Shown here piece by piece: positions 1 to 9,551 of a stretch of 19,078 nt of DNA. This DNA comes from Selaginella moellendorffii (taxonomy: Eukaryota; Plantae; Lycopodiophyta). Location: assembly GCF_000143415.4 (NCBI RefSeq), contig NW_003314368.1, forward strand, positions 1 to 19,078, in the 5' to 3' direction. The notes under the pieces are model-generated. The model saw nothing but the letters and a program-made list of their open reading frames with translations, ran no database searches and was not told the origin of the DNA. The stretch's first letter is position 1. Each line of letters begins with the position of its first letter. Made by a program: the position numbers and the translations under genes.

Positions 1-1935
1 GTTCCCAGTCTTGTCTCGTAAGCAAAGAACTCTTCCTTTTTCCTTCACTGCCAGTTCCATTTTGTTGGATCTCAGACCAACTCACTTAGTTTTGGTTGCC
101 TAAACTAGTACAGCCTGGCTACGAGGCCTTCCGTTATTGTCGGGTCCATCGATGTTGTTTTCTTATCCATCCTTAGTACCTGTATCTGCTCTAATCTTGA
201 CATGTCCGGTCGTATACTTTCCTCGGGCACCTTGTATGATGGCAATCAACCAACCACCCCAACTTCGAAAGCAATACATTTGGCCTGATCTTGCGTTGCC
301 GTATATCACCTTTCCATCGGCTATCCACCACATTGGTGTCGTTTCTCTGACTTCCCTAATGCTCTGCTTGCAGTACCTTCGTGCGTCCTCAAAAGCTATT
401 TCAAATTTTTTCCAATCGGTGCACCGAGATTTCCAGTCCATAAAACACTTGTAGCATGTCTCTGTTCCTTTTTGTTTCCCCCATTTTCAGCATCGAGTTG
501 GCCTCTGCAAATGTTCTCATCCCAACACTATGCAAGCCCCAGCATACTTTGTCTATTCCTTTGTCCCCTATTTCTCCCAAGCATTTCCCCTTATATTGGA
601 ACAATTTGTTAAGGAATATTGGTTGTCGGTCCAGCTCATAACTATTTGCTAGTTTTCTTTTGCTTTTGAACTCTTTCCATAGTCTGAATAGTTTCATTGA
701 GAACGTATTTGGTCTTGGCATTTTTAAAGCACATTCAGCGAACAGCCACCTTTCATCTTTTCCCCAATTCTGCCTCGTGTGTTCTAGTCTATCTGGGATG
801 ACCTTGAGCAGTTGGTGGTGTAGTAAGAGTTTCCAAGACTGGTTTCCAAGCATATTCATTCGATGAAAGATCTTGAATAATAGTGCCTTGCATTGTTCCT
901 CTATATCGATTATGTTTATGCCCCCATCCTACTTCGCTCTTGTGACTAAGCTCCATCCAACCTTTGCCCCTCCTCTTGAGACTGTTGCATGTCCCTTCCA
1001 TATGTATGTCCTGATGAGTTTGTTCATGTCTTTTAGTTTTTTCTTGCCTAAGTTCCATGCTGCTGCTAGAAACTAGATTGCCCCTAGCACGATATTGTTC
1101 GCCACTACACATTTTGTTGAGAAGGACAACTTTCGTGATGCCTAGAATTTTAGTTGATCTCTGAGCTTGTCAATTGCTTTTTGATTCTGCGGGAGAGGGT
1201 TATAGTCCCAGCCCACTTGAAACCCCAAGTATCTTGTTGTTTTCCCTTGTTTCAGCCACTTAAAATCCCACTCCCCCCCCAGTTTGGCAGGTCAGAACTT
1301 ACTCCCATCAATTTTCCCCAGTTTATTCTTGAGCCTGCTGCCAAGTTGAAAAAGTTTAAATCCTCCTTGACTTTGCTCATGTTTTCCAGGGAGCCTGATG
1401 TTATGATTCCCGTGTCATCTGCAAAGGCACTAGATTCCAACTGTGTTTCTGCTATCCTTGCCAGGTCTTGTAACGAGTCTCTGTACCCAGGTAAGACCAA
1501 CCCCTCCAGCCCATCCACTCTTGCTAGATAATGTGGTAATGCATCAGCCGCGAAAAGGAACAAAAAAGGGGCCAAAGGACACTCTTGTCTTATTGACCAT
1601 TGTAACTTGATCATGTTCCCACTGTCCTATTTATTGTAACCTTGCTTGATGCGCCTTGATATAAGGTGGTCGTCCATCCTATGAACTTGTCTGGAATGCC
1701 AATTTTCCTCATCGTTGTTTGCAGAAACTCCTAGTCCACTCTATGGTATGCCTTCTCATAATCCAGGAGTATTATTGCCATCTCTAGTCCTTGGTCCTTT
1801 ACTTGTTCTTATGTGAGCAGCACTGTCAATGTGTTGTCTACCAACTGTCTGCCTTCCACAAATCCGTTTTGGGTGTCATATATCGTTTTGGCAGTATCGG
1901 CCGTAATCTCTTAGTTAACGCCTTGGCTACTATCT
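1..1935 (-). mobile_element. Degenerate, 5'-truncated L1-clade LINE ORF2 (reverse transcriptase and C-terminal region)
   Basis: Minus-strand translation gives IVAKALTKRLRPIL..QNGFVEGRQLVDN (~1935-1840), SIRQECPLAPFLF (QGCPLSP motif) and SAFADD (ORF 1252-1614). Trp-rich C-terminal fragments follow (ORFs 401-859, 163-441). There are many stops and frameshifts, and the 3' end is not located. Confidence 0.9.
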
Positions 1936-3562
1936 CTTAGTTCCCCTTGTGGAATATATACTTTGTTTACCTATAATAAATGAGTTTATATAACCCATTT
2001 TCAATTTTTCCTAGATGGCTCACCTCTCTAGTGAGCATCCTGCTCTTCTTAGTTCCTTAGCAACACTTCTTGTACTAGACTATTGTCCTCATATACTGTT
2101 CACGTATCATCCCAAAAGGTTGTTGTGTTGGATATCACTAACTTTAAGCTTACTTTTTGACTTAGAGAATTTGCCACAATATTACTTTTCTTAAATTTAT
2201 AAAAAATCTCACAATCGAACTCATTGAAAGCATTAGCCCATGGTAATGTTGCCACTCCTTGAGTGCTTTGACCACCAAAAATAGTTTCTTTTTATGGGTA
2301 GGCCATTTTTGTTGAGCATTGTTCAACTTCTTCAAAAAGAATGTCATTGGATGGTTGTTTTGCTTCAAAATTGTGCCCAATGCAAAGTTTAAAATTTCTG
2401 TTCTACCTCAAAGTCTTTACTAAAGTTTGGTAATGCTAACGCGGGAGTCTTCCTCAATTTCCCTTTGAAGTGGACAAATGCTACCTCATATTCAATTGTT
2501 TATACCATCTTCCTTTTTCCCATTTGGTATATTTGATAAACTTTCGGTAGTAGTTGCAAAGCTCTAACAACATTTAACTTGTGTACATTTGGTAATCATT
2601 CCCATTCTTAGATCATTTGCATCTTCTCAAGGTCCACCCTGAGCACGTTCTTCCCCACCACATGCCCGAGAAACTTTACCTTTTATTAAGCAAAGTCACA
2701 TTTTCTCTCTTTAACATACAACTTATGTTCCTTTAGTTTCTCAAACACTTTTGTCAAGTGTTCGGCATGCTCCTTTAATGTCTCACTATAAATCATGATG
2801 TCGTCAATATAAATGACTAAAAAGTGATCTAGATAGGATACAAAAATATGGTTCACCAATGCCGAGAATGTTGCCAGTGCATTGCACAACCCAAAAGGCA
2901 TCATCAGAAACTCAGAGCTTCCATACCTCATCTGATAAGTTGTCTTCTTGACTTTAGGTTAATTCTTGAAAAGTATTTTGCCTTTCTCAATCTATTGAAT
3001 AGATCCTCAATCCTTCATAAAGGGTATTTGTTCTTCTTTGTATACTTGTTGAGTAATTGATAGTCTATGCACATGTATATAGAGCCATCTTTCTTTTTCA
3101 CAAATAACACTAACACACCATATGACAACTTACTCAATCTAACATATCTTTTATCCATCAACTTCTCAAGTTGGCACTTGAGATTCTTAAATTCGTTTTT
3201 GTTTAACCAATAAAGGGGATGAACCACCACCTTAGCACTCTCGACTAGCTTGATATTATGTTCTATTGGTCAGGTAAGGGAACCCTGTCGATAATTCCTT
3301 TAGTATGGTATCTTAGCTAAATGTGGACCCCAACCCTATTATGCTCCCTTTTCCACAAGTTATCATTGAAGTGCACCTTAATAGCTACATTTAATGCTAC
3401 TTTATAGTTGATTGAGGTCCAACATATCACCTTGCCCTGAGTCCAAGTTTGTAAGCTTGATATGAAGGCATGGAACACATCCATGTTGCCCATATCTATG
3501 ATAAGGATCCTCTTGGTTGTAAACACATTCATATACTCTTGAATAGTTTTTGTCTATTTTAG
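1936..3562 (-). pseudogene. Decayed Ty3/gypsy (chromovirus-like) pol: protease, RT, RNase H and start of integrase
   Basis: Protease-like IIDMG (ORF 3317-3532). RT motifs [26 protein letters not shown] (3015-3230) and RYGSSEFLMMPFGLCNA..YIDD (2686-2931). RNase H WPTHKKKL..WQHY (2162-2380). YIPQGELR at the junction with the LINE. The PR-RT-RH-INT order is gypsy. Confidence 0.9.
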
Positions 3563-4467
3563 TATTGCAAATGTGATTATGGGTATCGAAAGTTACTTGT
3601 CAGCTAGTCCTTTGGATATTCTCTCCTTACTATCATGACAGCAAGAGGTTGGTATTTATCAATCCCTCTTATGCTAATGGAGTTAACTAAGCATTTCAAG
3701 AGACGAGCATAAGGACGAAATTCCTACGTGCTATTAGCTAAGCATACTTAGCCTAGTAAAGAGTTCTTATCTCATTATGTCTTGCACTGGCTAGTGACAA
3801 GAACCTCTGCATATTGAGAATAGTCCCTTAATATTGCCAGATGATAACTTACCATATCTGCCAAACATCCTCATTATCATGTCTTATGTGTTAGTCTTGT
3901 TTAGTTTTAATTTATGGAGAGTGTCTAGATTTGCTAATTTAGCATATCTATGGAATGTAGAGATTGTTCTAAACACAAATAGTGTGTGTCCCATATTCAA
4001 ATTTGCAATCTAATGTCATTCCATATTTAGTAAGTTTTTATGTTTGTCCCAAAGACTAACTTTTGGTACCAAGGATGACTAGGGGTGAAAGCCCAAAGCA
4101 TGCATTCCTAAATGGGAGGGGGGGGGGGGGGAGGGTTCCAAATGTATAGTAGGGATAGTGGGTAGGTCGAGCATGGTTGATTAACCTAAGGGATAGTTTA
4201 GCTCTTACTTGCGTGCTTGTGTCTAAGCCCAAGTTCCATACCATGCTAGCTAGTGGAGTACCCATATCTTCATGTTAGGCCACCAGTATATTGAACTAGT
4301 GCTAAACTCTATTTAGCTCCATTTTGCATGTTAGTCTTAGCATTGGGATGCTAGATATTATAAGACTATTCTTACTTCACTCTGTGCTTCTGTCCCTTTA
4401 TTCCTTGGGTTGAACGCTTGGGAGTTGCTCTATGTTCTAGTTCCTTTACTCCTTGGTTCCATACTTA
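3563..4467 (+). mobile_element. LTR of family X, copy 1 (3'-truncated)
   Basis: Colinear reverse-complement homology with 9551-9469, ~8937-8501 and 5756-5121. It starts TATTGCAAATGTG, matching TGTTGTAAATGTG of copy 2, and homology stops after CCATACTTA. Confidence 0.8.
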
Positions 4468-4955
4468 TTAAACAAGTATATAACTTAATGACGTAAGTTT
4501 AGTGTTTGGGACTTATGAAGTAAGTAAGTTTAATAACATAACCCTCTACAACACCATTCAGTAAAGTAAGCCCACCATTGCAAAATCATCATCAAGCACA
4601 TAGTTTTTCCATATTGGCATGTCAACTCTACATTTGTCAATATTATTTGATTGCTTTTAGTTTTTAATGTTGGATTACATTACATTGAGTCTTGGATGTG
4701 GTGATTCACTCCTTGATGATGTGTTATATATAGCTGAGTATTATCGAAGGATTAGTCTCAGATGCTAAGTATAGTATCTTCAACCTTGGTTAGTCTAGTT
4801 GCTAAAGAGTTTTGAGTGGTGATTTGCTCTCTCTTTTCTTTAGTTTTGCTATAATGTTGATGGCATTGAAATGATGCTCTATCGTTGACATTGTTGATAT
4901 CAAGATTCAAGTGAAATGAAATGTCTCTTGAAAAAATTGATATTGAGTTTCTGTA
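4468..4955 (+). repeat. Fragment of family X internal region (inverted homolog of ~11340-11900)
   Basis: For example GAGTCTTGGATGTGGTGA and AGTATCTTCAAC match the reverse complement of 11510-11610. AACAAGTATATAACT matches the reverse complement of ~11880-11894. Confidence 0.8.
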
Positions 4956-5756
4956 GCATATATGGTTTTTACCCTTTATCCTATGGTGATTTACCATAGG
5001 ATAACAAAGAAGTGGAACCTAAACCCTCCATGTGCCACATGTCATGTATCTAAAGGATAGTGGTACGAAACCCAAGTTTCATAGCCTTGGGCCACTAAAC
5101 AAAGAACAGAGCCAAACTCCTAAGTATGGAGCGAAGGAGCAAAGGTACTAGAGCACAGAGTGACTTTCGAGCATATAACCCAAAGAGCAAAGGACAAGAG
5201 CACAAAGCGACTTGAAACAGTCTTAGAGCATCCAGTATTCCAATGCCAAGACCAGCATGCAAAATAGAGCCAAACAAAGTCTAGTGGTATTTCAACATAT
5301 TAGTGGCCTAACACAAGGATATATGGGTACTCCACCAACTAATATGGTATGGAACTTAGGATTAAATCCACGCAAGACACAAAGCAAAAATAGGCATGCA
5401 AACGAGAGCTAGACTATACCTCAAGTTGGTCAGTCATGCCTAACCTACTGATTATCCCTACTATACATTTAAAACCCCCCTCCCCCCTCCTTTGAGGAAC
5501 ACACGCTTTGGGCTTTCACCCTAAGCCTCCCTTAGTATCAGGAGTTAGTCTCTAGGACAAACTTGAAACTTATTAAATATAAAATATCCTTAGATTGTGA
5601 ATTTAGACATGGGACGAACACCATTGTGTTCAAAATAATCTCTACATTCCATAAATATGCCAAATAAGTAAATCTAAACACTTTCCATAAATAGTATTTG
5701 GGATCGGAATGAGACTAACACAAAAGGTGTGATAGCGAGGGTGTTTGATAGATATG

Positions 5757-6170
5757 TGGAGAAGGGAGAAAAAGACAAGCTCGAGGATTCAAGCTTAGGA
5801 AAGTAAACTTGAGAGGTTCAAGGTTAGGACTGTATTCCTAACCTTGACGTGAGCAGTAGCGACTATAAAAGTAGGACTTAGAATGTTTTTAGACTTATCC
5901 TTAATACAAAATACATTGCAATACATTGTCTTTCTGCCTATCTCTTCGGCTCTTCACAACAATGTCTTACTTACCCACCGCCTTCAAGGGATCAAAGGCG
6001 TGGGACTAGCACCTTCAAGCACTTGTTCACAGTCTCAACTTGGCTTGGCACAAGCAGGTAAGTGCATTCTTCTTGTAGTGTAGTTTTAGTTTTAGGGACT
6101 AGATTAGATTTGAAACTCCTAGGAAAATCTCGTGTGGACGTTTTCCTCCCAGATTAGAGATTCCAGGAGT
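5757..6170 (+). repeat. 5' LTR of Gag-only element
   Basis: Identical to 8077-8490 except 5901 T/C and 6139 C/T. It lacks the terminal TTTCA of the 3' LTR. It contains TATAAAA (5864-5870) and CAG|GTAAGT (6055-6063). Confidence 0.95.
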
Positions 6171-6176
6171 AGAAAC

Positions 6177-7801
6177 ATGGTAGCAATTGCTGCTGCAACA
6201 AAGAATCCAGATGATGAAAGTGTTGATACACTCTCCAAAGAAATCCTCACATTGGAAAAGAGATTCAAGCAATTCACAAAAGCTATACCTTCACAAACCG
6301 ATGATAGTTCAGATGATGAAGAAGAGGAAGAAATCCGCATCAAGACAAAGAAGAAGCCATCAAAACAAAAAAAAAAAACTTGAAGGAAATAATCAGGAAA
6401 ATCTCACAAACCGAACTCAAGGAAGGAGTGTGGTGTACAAAGTGTAAAAATGAAGGACATACATATTTGGAATGCAAATTTCAGCTTCCAAAATGTCAAA
6501 TTTGCGATAGAGAAGGCCATATAGCCAAGAATTGCCGATTTAGGAATACAATGGAAGTTTCAAGAATCGAGAATACTTCTCATCGAGAGCCCAATCTTCG
6601 ATATCAAGGCAATTGGAATCAAAATGCGCGACCACCACGAAATCAACCTCCAAGATATAACAATTATTATCAACGTGATGATAATTTGTATAATCAAAGA
6701 CAAAACTATTACCAGCGAGACAATAGCAACTACAATAGAATACCCCCTCAAGATCAAAGACCAAACAACTATACTGGAAATTATGGAAGAAACTACAATA
6801 CATATCAGCAACGTGATGGACCTCAGGACAATTATCAACATCCTCCCCCACGGAATTACAATTATGATCAAGAACCATATCGGAATTATAATCAAAGACC
6901 ACCCCAGGCTCAAGGTTACAATTACAACCAGCAACCTGCACCACAGCAAGATAATCGTCCTCGGCAACCTTACCAAAATGCAAATCGTGAAAATAACCAA
7001 GTCGTAAACAATCAAGCTCCAAGAGCAAGACCACCTGCAGCACGGAATGTTGAGGTCGAAGTCGAAGACTCACAAACTTATGAAGAACCAGCAATACGAG
7101 CAATCACGAGACAACAATACAAGTATCAACAACCAGATAATTTGGAAGAACAAGATCACGATGATGAACTGGAAATTATCCCAGAAACCGAATGGAAGAA
7201 AAGCAAGAAAATACTTAAAGCAATTCAAGCTGAATTGCAAGCACAAGATCCAGAAACAATCAAAGAACATGACAAACAATCAAACAATCAAGAAACAAGA
7301 AGTTTTACCCAAGAGGAGTTGGCACCTGTTCAGCAGAAAGAAAAGTTTCATGTGGAAGAGCAAGTTGAAGCAAGGTTGAAGCAAAACCTGGTGGAAGATG
7401 AACAGCCTGATCAGATTGAGCAACCAGCAGAAGAAGACAAAGACCTGCAGTGGATAAAGGAGTTTCAGACGCAGGAACTTGAGGTGGTGCTTCCGAAGTT
7501 TTGTGAGTAGACGGATCAGAAGAAAAATTCAATGCCAGAGTTTGACGTGGAACAGGCAGCAGCTGGTCAAGCTGGCTTGGAGCAAAAAGCTGTTGTGAAG
7601 AAGAAAGAAGAAGATGTTGGACAACAAAGAGGTGTAGAAGTTCAGAACCTTGTGGAGCAGCCATCAAGAGGAGCCGTATACCCAGGCCAAAGTTTGCACT
7701 TGAAGGTGGCTGGTGTGAAGTTGGTGAAGAGACGAGGAAGTGTGTTTCTTAGGTTCTGGTGGGACAGAGGCAAGCTGGTTTCATCCTTTGTAGCTCTGTA
7801 G
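6177..7801 (+). CDS. gag: Disrupted Gag-like protein: two CCHC zinc knuckles, N/Q/Y/R/P-rich low-complexity region, acidic tail
   Basis: CTKCKNEGHTYLEC (6434-6475) and CQICDREGHIAKNC (6494-6535) both fit CX2CX4HX4C. There is a -1 frame break in the A12 run at 6367-6378. TAG at 7508-7510 is in frame with ORF 7532-7801. No capsid domain is visible and the start is uncertain. Confidence 0.82.
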
Positions 7802-8076
7802 GAGTAGAGGAAGTAAGTAGTAAAGCAGCAAAACTGAAAGCCGTCCAAGAGAAGTCGTGGCTGTTTCAAGTCGGATGTTTAAAGTTTCGAGAAGAGGCGT
7901 TTGTGCAACTGATCTCGGGAAGAAGCTGGTCAAATTCAGATCACAAGACTTTGAGGAAGCAGCTCAGACTTATGAAGAGGAGGAAGAGGAGGAGGAGCCA
8001 CATGAGGGAGCAGCTACCCACGATGCAGCGATGGAGCAGTGATTGCGGGACGCAGCACAAGGCAGTTGTGGGAGAG

Positions 8077-8495
8077 TGGAGAAGGGAGAAAAAGACAAGC
8101 TCGAGGATTCAAGCTTAGGAAAGTAAACTTGAGAGGTTCAAGGTTAGGACTGTATTCCTAACCTTGACGTGAGCAGTAGCGACTATAAAAGTAGGACTTA
8201 GAATGTTTTTAGACTTATCCCTAATACAAAATACATTGCAATACATTGTCTTTCTGCCTATCTCTTCGGCTCTTCACAACAATGTCTTACTTACCCACCG
8301 CCTTCAAGGGATCAAAGGCGTGGGACTAGCACCTTCAAGCACTTGTTCACAGTCTCAACTTGGCTTGGCACAAGCAGGTAAGTGCATTCTTCTTGTAGTG
8401 TAGTTTTAGTTTTAGGGACTAGATTAGATTTGAAACTCCTAGGAAAATCTCGTGTGGATGTTTTCCTCCCAGATTAGAGATTCCAGGAGTTTTCA
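8077..8495 (+). repeat. 3' LTR of Gag-only element (419 bp)
   Basis: TGGAGA...TTTTCA, preceded by the PPT and followed by the TSD ATATG. Confidence 0.95.
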
Positions 8496-8578
8496 ATATG
8501 GTAAGCTATCATCTAGCAATATTAAGGGACTAGTCTCAATATGTGAGGGTTCTTGCCAAGCCAGTGCAAGACAGAGCA

Positions 8579-8891
8579 AAAGAGAACTAATAAACTAAAC
8601 TAAATATGCTTGGCTAAATAAACACTTAGGAATTCCTTCCCTATGCTCGTTTAGCGAAGTATAGATGCAAAGTCCAATTACTAAATAGAACTAATAAGCC
8701 AGACTAAATATGTTTGGCTAAATAGACACTTAGAAATTCCTTCCTTATGCTCGTTTAGCCAAGTATAGATGCAAAGTCTAATTACTAAAGAGAACTAATA
8801 AGCTAAACTAAATATGCTTGGCTAAATAGACACTTAGGAATTCCTTCCTTATGCTCGTTTAGCCAAGGTAGATGCAAAGTCCAATTACTAA
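8579..8891. repeat. Tandem repeat, 3 x 104 bp, inside family X LTR
   Basis: AGAACTAATA recurs at 8583, 8687 and 8791, and the units are highly similar throughout. Confidence 0.93.
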
Positions 8892-8954
8892 CACTTAAAC
8901 AAGAGGGACTAATATAAGCTCTAACAATACCAACCTTTGTAAGCTCCTGAATTT

Positions 8955-9009
8955 GGACTTCCCGGGAGGTCACCCAGCCCAGTACTATTCAAACCCAAGA
9001 ATGCTTAAC
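8955..9009 (-). promoter_or_regulatory. 5S rRNA-derived Pol III internal promoter segment (A box, IE, C box) in Cassandra 3' LTR
   Basis: Minus strand reads GTTAAGCATTCTTGGGTTTGAATAGTACTGGGCTGGGTGACCTCCCGGGAAGTCC, recognisable as the plant 5S rRNA core GTTAAGC..CTTGGG..AGTACT.GGATGGGTGACCTCC.GGGAAGTCC. Confidence 0.9.
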
Positions 9010-9286
9010 CCCAAATATCCCAAGACCCTTAACCGATTGGAAAAGAGGGGGTGCACTTTTATTTATGGGCCCTTTCCCTTTATATTTGAACCCCATGGAT
9101 CGTCTCTCAAGTTGTTCCCTTTGGTTGTTTACAATCCACCACGCTTCCCTGCAAGTTCACGCCCTCGTGAACGAAAGCTGAGAGCCATAGCTTTCCCGAG
9201 AGCCCCGCTCTCTTGACACCCTACCCCTTAGATCAATAGAGTCAGACCCGAGACCTCTCTGATACCAACTGTAAGCTCCTGAATTT

Positions 9287-9341
9287 GGACTTCCCGGGAA
9301 GTCACTCAGCCCAATACTATTCAAACCCAAGGACACTTAAC
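9287..9341 (-). promoter_or_regulatory. 5S rRNA-derived segment in Cassandra 5' LTR (more decayed)
   Basis: Minus strand reads GTTAAGTGTCCTTGGGTTTGAATAGTATTGGGCTGAGTGACTTCCCGGGAAGTCC. Confidence 0.87.
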
Positions 9342-9551
9342 CCCAAATATCTCAAAACCCTTAACCGATTGGAAAATGGGTTGCACTCTTATTCAAGGGC
9401 CCTTTCCCTCCATATTTGAACCCTATGGATCGTCTCTCAAGTTGTTCCCTTTGGTTGCTTACAACCTTTTGCCGTCGTGGCAGTAAGGAAAGAATATCTG
9501 AAAGCTCTAGCTAATAGATAACTTTTGATACCTAAAGTCACATTTACAACA

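Larger units (their letters stand above)
5757..8495 (+). mobile_element. Young non-autonomous Gag-only LTR retroelement (TR-GAG-like), 2739 bp
   Basis: TG...CA termini, 5-bp TSD ATATG (5752-5756 and 8496-8500), near-identical direct repeats at offset 2320, PPT GGGAGAG (8070-8076), and a Gag-like ORF with no pol motifs. Confidence 0.93.
8938..9463 (-). mobile_element. Complete Cassandra TRIM (526 bp) with 5S rRNA-derived domain in each LTR
   Basis: LTRs 8938-9133 and 9270-9463 (TGT...ACA, about 90% identical by eye). TSD ACCTT at 8933-8937 and 9464-9468. tRNA-iMet PBS TGGTATCAGAG (minus, 9267-9257). PPT-like GGGAAGCGTGGTGGAT (minus, 9149-9134). The internal region is 136 bp and non-coding. 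Confidence 0.95.
5040..9551 (-). mobile_element. 3' LTR of family X, copy 2 (~1.2 kb without insertions), interrupted by two younger elements
   Basis: On the minus strand it begins TGTTGT directly after a polypurine tract and plausibly ends CATGACA at 5040. Homology to copy 1 resumes across both insertions. The left boundary is inferred from the TG..CA terminus only. Confidence 0.72.

Noticed and set aside
4114-4135. G14 run, possible G-quadruplex
   Set aside because: A homopolymer expansion of a G/C tract that is interrupted in the homologous LTR (5475-5490), so there is no sign of conservation.
6540-7379. Hydrophobic antisense and alternate-frame ORFs over gag, possible env-like protein
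   Set aside because: They are shadows of the AAC/CAA-rich low-complexity gag sequence.
5883-8403. Duplicated 66-aa ORF (5883-6083 and 8203-8403)
   Set aside because: The identity comes from lying in the two young LTRs, and there is no recognisable protein motif.
9288-9303. 16-bp perfect palindrome GACTTCCCGGGAAGTC
   Set aside because: It arises from a 5S stem plus one transition and is imperfect in the sister LTR.
8955-9341. Genuine 5S rRNA genes
   Set aside because: Only ~55 of ~120 nt are present, and they are embedded in LTRs with PBS, PPT and TSD.
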